From an uncultured virus (IMG/VR IMGVR_UViG_3300029915_000022) (taxonomy: Duplodnaviria; Heunggongvirae; Uroviricota; Caudoviricetes), in IMG/VR virus record IMGVR_UViG_3300029915_000022: a stretch of DNA of 64,000 nt. One strand, 5' to 3'. The position numbers and the translations under genes were made by a program. Every line of letters begins with the position of its first letter. The stretch's first letter is position 1. Positions 18,043 through 27,363 of the stretch are shown here, in pieces. The notes beneath the pieces are model-generated. The model saw nothing but the letters and a program-made list of their open reading frames with translations. It was not told the origin of the DNA and made no database searches.

Positions 18043-18240
18043 ATGGCAACGATCACCTTCACCAACGGATGGCCGCCCTTTGAGATCCCAGACGAGGATC
18101 TCCGGCGCCTGCTTCAGATCGGGATTAACAGCCTCGAGAGGTACAAGTCTGCGGAGGGAACCATGTTCCCGAAGTCGGAGAAGAACACCCTCGCAATGGC
18201 ACACCACGTCATCTACAACCTGATGAACAAACCGAGGTAG
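18043..18240 (+). CDS. Hypothetical early protein
   Basis: AGGAG RBS. Confidence 0.55.
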   Translation: MATITFTNGWPPFEIPDEDLRRLLQIGINSLERYKSAEGTMFPKSEKNTLAMAHHVIYNLMNKPR

Positions 18241-18243
18241 ATC

Positions 18244-18603
18244 ATGCTCCGGAAGAATAAGCACCATCCGACTCGCCCTCGGGAGAAGGCTTACTACAAG
18301 GGATCCAAACTCTACTCTAGATCAGGATCAAATCGCCAGCTCGCCCAAGAGCTGGCGCAGCACCGTCTTCCTCCGCCCATCTATCTCTCGATCACATTCC
18401 GGAATAGATGGACGATCCCACGCGACGAGTATCTAGCGGTGGAGTGGCTCAAGGCTCGCCCTATGCTCGGCAAGCCTCGATTCACTATTGGATCCCGCCT
18501 ACAGGATCAAATAAAGGATCCTATTGTCCACAGGCATGTGCCGACGTGCGATGATACCCTTGAAGAGAAGCTGCGGGCGAGTCTTATTCCCAAGGCTTCT
18601 TAG
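18244..18603 (+). CDS. Hypothetical basic protein
   Basis: GAGG RBS. Confidence 0.45.
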   Translation: MLRKNKHHPTRPREKAYYKGSKLYSRSGSNRQLAQELAQHRLPPPIYLSITFRNRWTIPRDEYLAVEWLKARPMLGKPRFTIGSRLQDQIKDPIVHRHVPTCDDTLEEKLRASLIPKAS

Positions 18604-19345
18604 GCGTTCCCGGGATCGGAGGTGGGATCGGGAGGGGTTCAGGGATCTGATAGGTTATGATTGCGTGCGGAAAAGGACGGATGGGATCAGTAGAATTCGC
18701 GGGGTGGGATCCAAGCGCCCTATTTCCTCCCTCATTTCCCGATTCCCTCACTTCTGTAAACTCCGCATCCAATTCGTCCTCTAACCCCTCTAGCATCTCC
18801 ACCCTCCCATTTGCCTCACGCCGAATCATTCTTACTCTAGCGGCATTCCTTTCGCCACGATCTTTACTCTCCATTTCAAACTCGTGCCTGACCTTTTCGT
18901 CAAAGTACACTAAGAAGTTGGGTAAGCTAACGTCCACCGGCGCCTTCAGCACACATCCACTATAAGGCGTCAGCGCCCCGTACATCCTCACCTCCCACGG
19001 GAGCCTATTCTTTCTGTAGAACAGAATGGGCTCCCGTACGAGTGCCATCGTATTTCCTCCCTTCTCCCCTCTCACGATTCCCATCGCGGCTGCTTTAGTC
19101 TGCGCCCACCATACATCTACAATCGAAGCACCCTCTTGCTCTCTGCGCTTCACCTCTGCGGCCATCCAATCCAGGCCCACAATATCACTTCCATTGCCAT
19201 TCCCTACGCGAGCCCGCGACTGCTCCAAATTCCTCTCCAATCGCACCTGCCTGTATCCATACTTCAGGCATACCGCGTCAATTCGCGCTTGCAGGATTGC
19301 AATCATCTCGTACTCGCCGCCCATTCCCTTCGACTTCGGTGTCAT
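18584..19345 (-). CDS. PD-(D/E)XK nuclease, Holliday junction resolvase-like
   Basis: KSKG..GEYE, RNLEQ, GSDI...AAEVKRRE, WWAQ, PILFYRKNR..W. Confidence 0.75.
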   Translation of the reverse strand: MTPKSKGMGGEYEMIAILQARIDAVCLKYGYRQVRLERNLEQSRARVGNGNGSDIVGLDWMAAEVKRREQEGASIVDVWWAQTKAAAMGIVRGEKGGNTMALVREPILFYRKNRLPWEVRMYGALTPYSGCVLKAPVDVSLPNFLVYFDEKVRHEFEMESKDRGERNAARVRMIRREANGRVEMLEGLEDELDAEFTEVRESGNEGGNRALGSHPANSTDPIRPFPHAIITYQIPEPLPIPPPIPGTPKKPWE

Positions 19346-19698
19346 TCATTCTCCTTGCGCTATGCGCATTCAACCAAGTCCCAATCAAATCCTAATTGCA
19401 TCTAACTTCTACTTGAATAACGGCTGTTGGAGGGTAGGAACCGCTCATTAACAGCCAAATCACCCTTATACGCTTGAATTTCTACCTATCTTCCTTACTA
19501 CTGTTAATTGTTAATAATGATAATAAAGTATGGTAATTATTATTCACCTAATCTACGCGCGTAAGATTCACGTAGAATTTCAGCCGTAGCGGAGTAAATT
19601 TTGTACGCTTTTTATATGCACGCATTAAATTTGCATACTTTAGCGGATTTACAGGCTTTTTCCCATTATCCCGACATTAACCAGCATTAACAGCTGCA

Positions 19699-20124
19699 TT
19701 ATGATTGCACTCTTTTGCGGAAACTCAGCAATCCAATCTTAATCCTCAAATCAATGCCGCCTTTCCTGGTCAGCAAGATTTTAATCTTTCCGGTCGCAAA
19801 GTCGCCAATCACATATCCCGGGCCGATTTGCGTAATTACTCCGGTATACTGCACCTTCCCATCTATCAGAGCCTCTAGTGTATCGCCAATGTTTACGTGC
19901 CCTTCAATGGTCGATACTTTCATTCGAACTTTGGCGTTTGCAGGGATTCGGCCGGTCGCAGTTAGGACTGTTATCCGGTTGCCGCTTTGGAATTCAGAGT
20001 CCATAACACGATTCGATATGTCGACGACAGTGCCTTGTTCCCAATCGTCAAAAGACGTTCTATAGCGCTCTACCTTATCCCCTACTTTCGGACGGGCTTG
20101 ACTAGGTTGGCGATGGCGGGGCAT
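19699..20124 (-). CDS. Hypothetical protein
   Basis: 141-aa ORF, AGGGAG RBS. Confidence 0.45.
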   Translation of the reverse strand: MPRHRQPSQARPKVGDKVERYRTSFDDWEQGTVVDISNRVMDSEFQSGNRITVLTATGRIPANAKVRMKVSTIEGHVNIGDTLEALIDGKVQYTGVITQIGPGYVIGDFATGKIKILLTRKGGIDLRIKIGLLSFRKRVQS

Positions 20125-20270
20125 ACGATCTCCCTGTGGTTATAGTCTTGCAGGGTACGATAGATCCTGGGCGGTTGGCAAGAAGAATCTTGGATTATGT
20201 ATCTACTTTTCCCTTGCATTGTGCGGGGTACGGGAGTAGACTTGTTTTGGGCTTTTACCGGAGGTATTCC

Positions 20271-20465
20271 ATGGCGGATGCAAAGAAGAAGTCGCGGCAT
20301 GTCGTTGTTGTTTTCATGGTCGACGCCGAGTATACGGATGAGCAGTTCGGGGAGGATCTCGCCGTCGCCATCCATGAACAAGGAATCGACGAGCTGAATA
20401 GCCTTACGAACAAGGTCTGCAGTTCGCAGGTGGTCGGCGAGTACCTCGTTCCTGATGAAGAGTAG
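20271..20465 (+). CDS. Hypothetical acidic protein
   Basis: GGAGG RBS before MADAKKK. Confidence 0.55.
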   Translation: MADAKKKSRHVVVVFMVDAEYTDEQFGEDLAVAIHEQGIDELNSLTNKVCSSQVVGEYLVPDEE

Positions 20466-20536
20466 GACTTAATTCCTGCGCGGTGGGATGTCAGAGATCC
20501 CATAGCGGAGCAATTTGGCTCCTATCTGGAGGTTCT

Positions 20537-20911
20537 ATGCGTACTGCACTCGAGAAGTTACTCTTGGCCGCTCTACTGGAAAACGATTCCGAGGGATTCA
20601 AGATCCCTCCGAATGAACCCGCGAAGGAAAATGGGAACGAACCTTGGAAGGCGATCAGAAAGGTCGGAAACAAGGTTTTGATTCGTACGGTGACGCATTA
20701 CTACACCGGCGAGATCACGGCGGTGCTTGGAGATGCCCTACAGTTGAAGGACGCTGCATGGATCCCAGACACGGGAAGGTTTAGCGAAGCCCTCAAAACG
20801 GGAAAGTTCGCCGAAGTTGAGCCCTACGTGGGACTCGTTGAAGTCTTCACGGGAGCGACCGTCGAAGTTTGCCAATGGCCGCATCCTCTTCCGGTTGAGA
20901 AGAAGCCATGA
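20537..20911 (+). CDS. Conserved phage protein with SH3/Sm-like beta barrel
   Basis: VGNKVLIRTVTHYYTG...LKDAAWIPDTGRF...EVEP; GGAGG RBS. Confidence 0.65.
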   Translation: MRTALEKLLLAALLENDSEGFKIPPNEPAKENGNEPWKAIRKVGNKVLIRTVTHYYTGEITAVLGDALQLKDAAWIPDTGRFSEALKTGKFAEVEPYVGLVEVFTGATVEVCQWPHPLPVEKKP

Positions 20912-21051
20912 CCGCGTCCATTGGCAGAACTGGCCTTGAGGGGTCGATGTCGACGTCGACGTCGGAGTCGGGGTCGAGGTCGTGGTCGACGTCGGGGTCG
21001 GAGTCGGGGTCGAGGTCGGGGTCGTGGTCGGATACGGGGAGCGCGCCGTGA
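20908..21051 (+). CDS. Ser-X repeat peptide 1 (47 aa)
   Basis: ATGA overlap with upstream stop; MTASIGRTGLEGSMSTSTSESGSRSWSTSGSESGSRSGSWSDTGSAP; not in ORF track. Confidence 0.6.
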   Translation: MTASIGRTGLEGSMSTSTSESGSRSWSTSGSESGSRSGSWSDTGSAP

Positions 21052-21306
21052 CGGCGGCGGTGCTCAAGGTGGGCCTCGACAATGCCTGGTCGAGATCGGA
21101 GTCGGGGTCGGGGTCGTGGTCGGGTTCGAGGTCGTGGTCGTGGTCGGGGTCGGGGTCGTGGTCGGGGTCGTGGTCGGGGTCGAGGTCGTGGTCGACGTCG
21201 GGGTCGGAGTCGGGGTCGAGGTCCAAGTCGGGGTCGAAGTCGAGGTCGTTGTCGTGGTCGTGGTCGGGATCGAGGTCGTGGTCGTGGTTGGGTTCGAGGT
21301 CGGGGT
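20944..21306 (+). repeat. Degenerate hexamer tandem repeat (TCG-NNG)n in two tracts
   Basis: Units TCGGGG, TCGAGG, TCGTGG, TCGACG, TCGGAG. Confidence 0.9.
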
Positions 21307-21314
21307 TGACATAG
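21048..21314 (+). CDS. Ser-X repeat peptide 2 (88 aa)
   Basis: GTGA overlap, GGGGAG RBS; (M)TAAVLKVGLDNAWSRSESGSGSWSGSRSWSWS... Confidence 0.65.
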   Translation: MTAAVLKVGLDNAWSRSESGSGSWSGSRSWSWSGSGSWSGSWSGSRSWSTSGSESGSRSKSGSKSRSLSWSWSGSRSWSWLGSRSGLT

Positions 21315-21387
21315 CGTAGTTAGGGCTTCTATTCGGAGTAGAAGCCTTATAGTGCGCAATGGAGCGTACTGTTGAAGGGAGTAAAAA

Positions 21388-21602
21388 TGGACATCGAAAT
21401 GTTTGGCCAGATTCCAGAAGCATGGGATCTTATCATGGAAGCCAGTGAGCCTGATGTGCTTACCGCTGAAATCTCTACGGAGATTTGGATGGCGCATACG
21501 GAGCAGGGTTGGGATCTTAAGCCGATGCCGCATGAAGTGGACGTTCGGTGCCCTGGACCGATGCACTGCGAGTTCTGGCAGCTGTGTGAAACCAATGCGT
21601 GA
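21388..21602 (+). CDS. Hypothetical protein
   Basis: GGGAG RBS. Confidence 0.45.
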
Positions 21603-21795
21603 CTTACTCCCTGGTCCGAAACAGCGGATGGCGATTTATGCTCAGCATGAGGCGATGGGTGCCCACATGGAGGCAATTTGGTGGAGGGACATTCGATCCC
21701 TCATCACCCGCGATCTGGAGGCTGCCGAAGCGTTTCAAATTCAGTCGGCTGGATTCTACAAGATTGCACGCCAGCTGATGGGAATTGAAGAATGA
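21595..21795 (+). CDS. Hypothetical protein
   Basis: Coupled ORF. Confidence 0.4.
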   Translation: MRDLLPGPKQRMAIYAQHEAMGAHMEAIWWRDIRSLITRDLEAAEAFQIQSAGFYKIARQLMGIEE

Positions 21796-22247
21796 CTCCC
21801 GTCTTGCAAGCGATCAAAGTGACATTCGGCTATTCGCCGAATGGGAATCCTCGCTACATCGCCAAGTGCAATGCGAGGAGGATCTCAGTGCCAACGGCTG
21901 ACTGCGAAGGTCGTAGTCAGGACGAACATGCACACTTTGCCGCTCAGAAGTTAGCTCGGATGCTGGAGTGGTCCGACCAACTTCTGGGAGGTTCAATCGA
22001 TAAGGGAGCTCATTGGGTCTTTGTCCAGATCCCAAAGCCGACTTCCGTTGAATGGCGGCGGACCGGGCGCACGATCTTGACTGACATCTCGAGAAGCTGG
22101 CTACTGTGCAATGGCGATCGCGAAATCCTTTATGTGTCCCGTGCGGAAGGACCGAACGGGTACGCGATTACCCCGTCCAAGGCGGACGATCTCGTGCAGT
22201 TAATCACTAACCTGTTGAATGGAAAGGCGGTCGACGATGAAGCTTAA
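21792..22247 (+). CDS. Hypothetical protein
   Basis: ATGA coupling. Confidence 0.5.
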   Translation: MTPVLQAIKVTFGYSPNGNPRYIAKCNARRISVPTADCEGRSQDEHAHFAAQKLARMLEWSDQLLGGSIDKGAHWVFVQIPKPTSVEWRRTGRTILTDISRSWLLCNGDREILYVSRAEGPNGYAITPSKADDLVQLITNLLNGKAVDDEA

Positions 22248-22419
22248 TTCTGACGGCGGACTTGTGTGCGATGACGTGATGGGCGGCGACGAGGAAAACT
22301 GTGAAGGAGAGCAGTTCGCCATTGACCTCGCCATCGATGGCAAGGTCAAAGTGCATTGCCTTGATTGTGGAAAGGAGTTCGATATCGCCGTCGTCACGCA
22401 GACCTTCGCCGATCAGTAA
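22237..22419 (+). CDS. Small zinc-ribbon-like protein
   Basis: C...C...CLDCG. Confidence 0.45.
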   Translation: MKLNSDGGLVCDDVMGGDEENCEGEQFAIDLAIDGKVKVHCLDCGKEFDIAVVTQTFADQ

Positions 22420-22501
22420 TGGCCTGCCCGATAGATCCTACCAGCTAGGATCTTGAGGGGAGTTCACTACATAGGGGGGTGCTCCAGAAGAGGGTGTTAC
22501 A

Positions 22502-23143
22502 ATGGGCGAAATCGATTATTCAGCTCCTGAGAAGATTGTTTTGATCGGCCGTTCGCAGGCCGGTTGGCACGCGGCATACACCTGGGGAGGCGGTGGTCAA
22601 ACCGGGTCTTCAAGCGGTGGTTCGCTCGAAGGATACGTGAAGGATCGCCCTGCTGGCGACGAGAATTCTCGTGGTGGCAGAACTGCGGAGGGAGCTTTCG
22701 TTTACGACGGGAAGAATCTCTCCTACGAAGATGCCGCCAAGATTGCGATTTGTGGACCGATTCCGTATCCCCTTGTGCCGCTCGGCATGGCGGAATATGA
22801 GCACCACTATCCGCCAATCTACAAACACGCGTCGGAGTGCAAGATCGGGAGCATGACGTACGTCGCGGTCGACGTCTACCTCGATTATTATCGGAGGGCT
22901 GGAGCCCGTATCGGGCAGGTTCACAACGAGCGCGTCTATTGGGACGACGAACGCGTTCCGGATGCGGTGATCGAGGCCGTCTGGAAGCTTGTCCATAACC
23001 CGGAAGAATTGAAGGCGAGTTGCCAGAAATTTCAGTCAGCTCTTCGTCTTCTCGGGTACGATTCGCTCGGCGGGCACTACTATCTGAATCCGTGGTGTGG
23101 GATGTACGTCGGAATCGAGAAGGACGGATACACTCACTCCTGA
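22502..23143 (+). CDS. Hypothetical protein
   Basis: GAGGG RBS; ends GMYVGIEKDGYTHS. Confidence 0.55.
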   Translation: MGEIDYSAPEKIVLIGRSQAGWHAAYTWGGGGQTGSSSGGSLEGYVKDRPAGDENSRGGRTAEGAFVYDGKNLSYEDAAKIAICGPIPYPLVPLGMAEYEHHYPPIYKHASECKIGSMTYVAVDVYLDYYRRAGARIGQVHNERVYWDDERVPDAVIEAVWKLVHNPEELKASCQKFQSALRLLGYDSLGGHYYLNPWCGMYVGIEKDGYTHS

Positions 23144-23223
23144 ATTCAGTTCTAAAAATCTCTAGACATGGCATACCGCCTTCGCTAGACTGTATCCAGT
23201 AACCCAACCAAAGAGGGATTCAA

Positions 23224-23427
23224 ATGTATACCGACAAGAACTACCAATCGAAGGCTGAGTTGAAGCGAGACGTTGCTTCTGGCAAGAAGGTGACGATCTA
23301 TGCCCCTGGACTCGGGACGCCTGTCGTCAACGGGAAGGAGACCGTCTGCGGGCCACATTTCCCCGCTCCTCATCGGTGGTACGCCGAGGTTATCATGAAG
23401 GACGGCGTGATCGAGAAGGTGAAGTGA
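23224..23427 (+). CDS. Conserved small phage protein
   Basis: NYQSKAELK...GPHFPAPHRWYA. Confidence 0.6.
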   Translation: MYTDKNYQSKAELKRDVASGKKVTIYAPGLGTPVVNGKETVCGPHFPAPHRWYAEVIMKDGVIEKVK

Positions 23428-23681
23428 TGTACCTTCCGACAATGGACATGGTGAAGGCTTTCCTCGGTACTCCGCTCACGGAAAACCACACCTCCAATGG
23501 CGAGCGTATTCTTCCCGACCATCGGCTCGTGAGCTGGCGACTTCCGGTGACGCCCGAAAGCAAGAAGTTCGCCGTCGAGAAGCTTGTGGACATGCGGAAG
23601 AGCTGGCCTTACACCAACGTCCAAGTTCACGAATCGGTGTTCTTGAACCACATTGACGTTGTCTTCCGAATTCGTCTCTAG
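23427..23681 (+). CDS. Hypothetical protein
   Basis: TGATG coupling. Confidence 0.5.
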   Translation: MYLPTMDMVKAFLGTPLTENHTSNGERILPDHRLVSWRLPVTPESKKFAVEKLVDMRKSWPYTNVQVHESVFLNHIDVVFRIRL

Positions 23682-23719
23682 CCTTGCACATTCTAGTCTA
23701 TGGCCTCTCCAAGTAAAGC

Positions 23720-23748
23720 TTGACGGGGCCATAACTAGAGGGTACAAT
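23720..23748 (+). promoter_or_regulatory. sigma70-like promoter
   Basis: TTGACG-17-TACAAT. Confidence 0.8.
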
Positions 23749-23796
23749 GCCCTTACAACCTGGACATTCCGTCTGGGTCGAGAAACGGAGTTACAA

Positions 23797-24345
23797 ATGG
23801 GTTCCAAGAATCGGAAGGCAGCAATCGCAGCGGCGGCCGAGAAGCGCACCAAGACCGTCGAGAAGTACGTCGGCAAGGCTCCGGAAACTCCCCTGGAGAA
23901 GACTTCGGCGATCATCATGGACGAGGTCGACAAGGACATGGACAAGGAGATCGCCGCTCGCGCGGAAGCCAAGGCGAAGCAGGAAGCCGACGGCGACAAG
24001 ATCCTCGCCGACATGAACAAGGAGGCGGAGAAGTCGGCCCCTGCCCTCACGGCATCGCAGCCGACGGCTTCTGCGGCTCCTGCACCTTCGGTGACGACGG
24101 GCGGTAAGCTGGCGAATCGCCTCCGCTCGTCGGCAATCTCCCTCCCGACGAAGATGGTCTGGGAAATCGCGGACATCATGAAGAAGGCGAACCCGAACGT
24201 CCGCCGCAAGGACGTCATCGCCGAGTGCATCAAGCAGGGAATCGCCACCTACACCGCGATGACGCAGTACCAGCGGTGGTTCACGGCGCACAAGGCCGAC
24301 GCGGTCGCGGTCGCTCCGAAGCAGGCCACCGCTTCCAACGGTTAG
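23797..24345 (+). CDS. TQY-x-x-W family protein, paralog 2
   Basis: PTKMVWEIAD...RRKDVIAECIKQGIATYTAMTQYQRW. Confidence 0.75.
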   Translation: MGSKNRKAAIAAAAEKRTKTVEKYVGKAPETPLEKTSAIIMDEVDKDMDKEIAARAEAKAKQEADGDKILADMNKEAEKSAPALTASQPTASAAPAPSVTTGGKLANRLRSSAISLPTKMVWEIADIMKKANPNVRRKDVIAECIKQGIATYTAMTQYQRWFTAHKADAVAVAPKQATASNG

Positions 24346-24473
24346 ACGCTTTCCCTAGGATCTAGGTGCGGATGGACGCTTAAATGTCCCCTAGATGCTT
24401 GGCTGGTAGTTTGAGGCCAAGATGCGGATCAGAAGCCTAGATCCTAGCGGAGGTAGTCTAACCTGGAGTACAA

Positions 24474-24695
24474 ATGATTCTATTCAACCAGAAGGCGTCG
24501 GAGAATAAAGAGCTCTTAGCTCTTGAGTTCGCGGAAAGATACACGCATCGGCAACTCGTGGAGGATCACGAGGCTCTTGTCGGCTTGGCTATGTCCGCGA
24601 ATTCCTGCAACCGGCCACTCCTCCAAGACATGGCGGTCTTGTTTACTGCCATCGAAATGCAGCACAGGGGATTAGGAAGGATCTACAACGCCTAG
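24474..24695 (+). CDS. Hypothetical protein
   Basis: GGAG RBS. Confidence 0.5.
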   Translation: MILFNQKASENKELLALEFAERYTHRQLVEDHEALVGLAMSANSCNRPLLQDMAVLFTAIEMQHRGLGRIYNA

Positions 24696-24696
24696 C

Positions 24697-26973
24697 CTAC
24701 TTAATCTTCCAGGCGTTCCCGAGCACGAATGCTCTCCCCTTGGCGTTGAACCGTGTCATAATCTGTACCGAGGGGATCTCCGCTAGCATGTTCGCATCCA
24801 TAAGGTCTTGGATAGCGCTCTTCAAAGCCGCAGTGCTCCCTCGCTTGTCCTTCCGGAAGGCGGCGAGCCCTGCGGTTTTCCGTAGAAGGTAGCAGTACGG
24901 AATCGCCTTGTCTTTGAACATTGGAAATTCGACACCGTACTTCTCGATTTTCTCAAACGGATTCTTGAAGTAGAATTCGATTACATGCTTGAGGTCCGAC
25001 CCGAGCTTGGAGTCGCCTGCTCCAACGTCGCCAGACTTAAACCTGTCGACCATCGTCATTACGTCTTTGCAGACGAATTTGATGGCCCAATTCGCAAGCT
25101 CGGCTGTAACCACAGGCTGGTGCGGATTAACGCCTACCGCAAGAAGCGCAGCGAGTTTGAGCGCTTTAAGGTGCGCGCGATTCCAGACCTGTCGTTCGAC
25201 ATCGTTTCCGTGAGTTCCGTTGATTTCGCTATCACAAGATTCGTCGAATTTGTCGAGTATAGACTGAGCCGCGGAATCAGTAGCGACTCCCATGCAACTT
25301 CGATTATTGGAAGTCGTGAGTGCAACGGCGACCATGTCCCCAAACCGGCGGGTAAGTTCCTCTCCTGGGGGGTGCCCCGCGTCTTTGTTCCGTGGTGGAC
25401 GATGTCCATCATATTGAATAATACTGAATCGAGGAATAAGTCCGTCGGCGATGTGCGAGGCGTCGAGACCTTCGAAGAAAGTCTCGGGGGTCGACTCACC
25501 CAAGATGGTAACATTGGGGCTTTGGATGACCTGTGTGTTTTTCTCGACGTCGGAGTAGACGGAACTTTGGAGCATTTTGTTCCAACCCGATTTGCTCCAG
25601 AGGTCGAGTAATACTTTTCGGAGCATGACTTGTGCCGAAATCGCATTTGGGTCACATAGTTGCTGGAGTGTAAGACCGAACTCGCCGAGTACCGACACAA
25701 AGCAGGGCTTCTTATCCAGAATCTTGATGAGAGCTTGCCCTGACGCAAACGCTGATGGACCGACGAACTGGTCCACCATCGGTATCTGTGGCCGAACTGC
25801 CGCTATCATCGCGTCAATGCCAGTAGCGACGCCTTCTTTGCCCGCTCCAGTTCGAGCGATAAGGATAAGGTACTGATTCAGACCAACACCGGAGATGTTG
25901 TAGGATCTACCAACGACTCCAGCGCACAAGGCCAGCGCTCCAGCAAGAGCAATATCCGGCACCGGGCGAACTGCTGACTGATAGAAGTAAAGAGCGATTT
26001 CGCCGACCAGACCGGGCGGAAGTTCAATTCCCGGCAAGGCTGGAGGCGCTTTGGCAGGCGGTAGCAGGGTAGTAACCGCTAAGGGCGCGGGGCTTTGCAA
26101 GGCTATTACGGCCGTTTGCGGGGCCACCGGCACGGGCGTTGACGGTTGCGGGGCCAATAGGGCATTGAAATCAATGTGAGTAGGCTGCTTTGCCCGGATC
26201 TTCTCGAGCGCGTAATCGAGGTACTTGTCGTTTCGAATAGCCTTTTCGCGTTGCCCGAGCTTGGAGTATCTGAACAGACGCCGAACCTGCTCGTTACTCC
26301 TTGAGTAAAAGCAGTACATGGAGAGAAGAGCGAAATCCGCTTCTGATTGGGAGCCGTACCCCATCTCTTGCCATAGGCCGTTGCATAGGTCGCGGAACTT
26401 TTCCGCGTTGACGGCACTGTCTGCCATCTCGAACACTTCCCGATCCTCAAGAAGCTCGTCCTCCTCCTGCAATGGCGGAGTGGGAGGGCGCATCTCCGTG
26501 ACTAATGTCAGAAGGAGTTCGCTGTAGTCTGCGACCGGAGCCTGACGAACCACGTCGCCCGTGCAGATCATATAGCGACCGGAGCTGTAGACTTCGACGT
26601 GGTCCTTGTTTACGCCAGACGGGATTGATCCCTTGACGACAATGTGGTAACCACGTCCAGAGACGGATCGCTCTGTGTAGCTGGCGAATGCGTCTAGGAT
26701 CTTTTTATGCCGTTCCAGATCCTCTTGCGTGGCTGGATTGGTGAGCTTATCGTCGAGATCGATTACGGCGAACGGATCCGACTCCGAAAATGCAAATCCG
26801 ATGAACTTGTATCCGGCATGGCAAGCTTCTTCAAAAGTCCCCCAAGTGGTCGGATCTGTAGAAGAAGCAAGGTTGCCGGTTCTTGGATTGCGAGGAGCTT
26901 TGTCCTCGTAGCTCGCACAAACAACCCACTGCGGCAAAGCACGGAGCTCTGCCGGAATATTGTGCCATTGCAC
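24697..26973 (-). CDS. Primase (prim-pol type) fused to P-loop helicase-like domain
   Basis: IPAELRALPQWV, IDLDD, ERSVSGRGYHI, EVYSSGRY; Pro/Ala linker; ARTGAGKE Walker A-like. Confidence 0.85.
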   Translation of the reverse strand: MQWHNIPAELRALPQWVVCASYEDKAPRNPRTGNLASSTDPTTWGTFEEACHAGYKFIGFAFSESDPFAVIDLDDKLTNPATQEDLERHKKILDAFASYTERSVSGRGYHIVVKGSIPSGVNKDHVEVYSSGRYMICTGDVVRQAPVADYSELLLTLVTEMRPPTPPLQEEDELLEDREVFEMADSAVNAEKFRDLCNGLWQEMGYGSQSEADFALLSMYCFYSRSNEQVRRLFRYSKLGQREKAIRNDKYLDYALEKIRAKQPTHIDFNALLAPQPSTPVPVAPQTAVIALQSPAPLAVTTLLPPAKAPPALPGIELPPGLVGEIALYFYQSAVRPVPDIALAGALALCAGVVGRSYNISGVGLNQYLILIARTGAGKEGVATGIDAMIAAVRPQIPMVDQFVGPSAFASGQALIKILDKKPCFVSVLGEFGLTLQQLCDPNAISAQVMLRKVLLDLWSKSGWNKMLQSSVYSDVEKNTQVIQSPNVTILGESTPETFFEGLDASHIADGLIPRFSIIQYDGHRPPRNKDAGHPPGEELTRRFGDMVAVALTTSNNRSCMGVATDSAAQSILDKFDESCDSEINGTHGNDVERQVWNRAHLKALKLAALLAVGVNPHQPVVTAELANWAIKFVCKDVMTMVDRFKSGDVGAGDSKLGSDLKHVIEFYFKNPFEKIEKYGVEFPMFKDKAIPYCYLLRKTAGLAAFRKDKRGSTAALKSAIQDLMDANMLAEIPSVQIMTRFNAKGRAFVLGNAWKIK

Positions 26974-26982
26974 GAATACTCC

Positions 26983-27195
26983 TTAAGGCTTTTCGATAGG
27001 GAGGGAAGTTCGAGTCAGATACTCGTAGAGTTTCTGAACCCGATTAACTCCGGGATCCTTGATCTCATTGCTGGCCATCTTCCGGATCCAGTAATACGGG
27101 AGCCCGGTATCGATCGCAATTTCTGGAAGAGTCTTTGGTCTGTGGTTGCACAAAATATCCAAGGTGGCCGCGAGTAAAGATCCCATGCCCGCCAT
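26983..27195 (-). CDS. XRE-like HTH regulator
   Basis: LPEIAIDTGLPYYWIRK....IKDPGVNRVQKLYEYL. Confidence 0.7.
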   Translation of the reverse strand: MAGMGSLLAATLDILCNHRPKTLPEIAIDTGLPYYWIRKMASNEIKDPGVNRVQKLYEYLTRTSLPIEKP

Positions 27196-27270
27196 CCTAC
27201 CGTAACTCGTACCTTATTTTCAACAGGCAAAGTAGATATGGAGTCGTTACAGTACGATCTAAATAACCGG

Positions 27271-27299
27271 TTGCCTTAAAAGGGCCGGTGGGCCATTAT
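27271..27299 (+). promoter_or_regulatory. sigma70-like promoter in a 48-bp GA/TC-free island
   Basis: TTGCCT-17-CATTAT. Confidence 0.55.
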
Positions 27300-27363
27300 T
27301 AGGGCTTGAAAGTTCGTGAAGTCGAAGTCCAAGCTGTTCCACGTTGCAAAGAGGAGGTCTACC

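Noticed and set aside
20944..21306. CRISPR array or DGR variable repeat
   Set aside because: Units are 6-bp codon pairs with no repeat-spacer layout; no reverse transcriptase or template/variable repeat pair seen
20738..21566. Asp-Pro, Arg-Pro, Arg-Gly and Val-Gly repeat ORFs in other frames
   Set aside because: Alternative readings of the hexamer repeat; only the Ser-X frames have coupled starts and shared leaders
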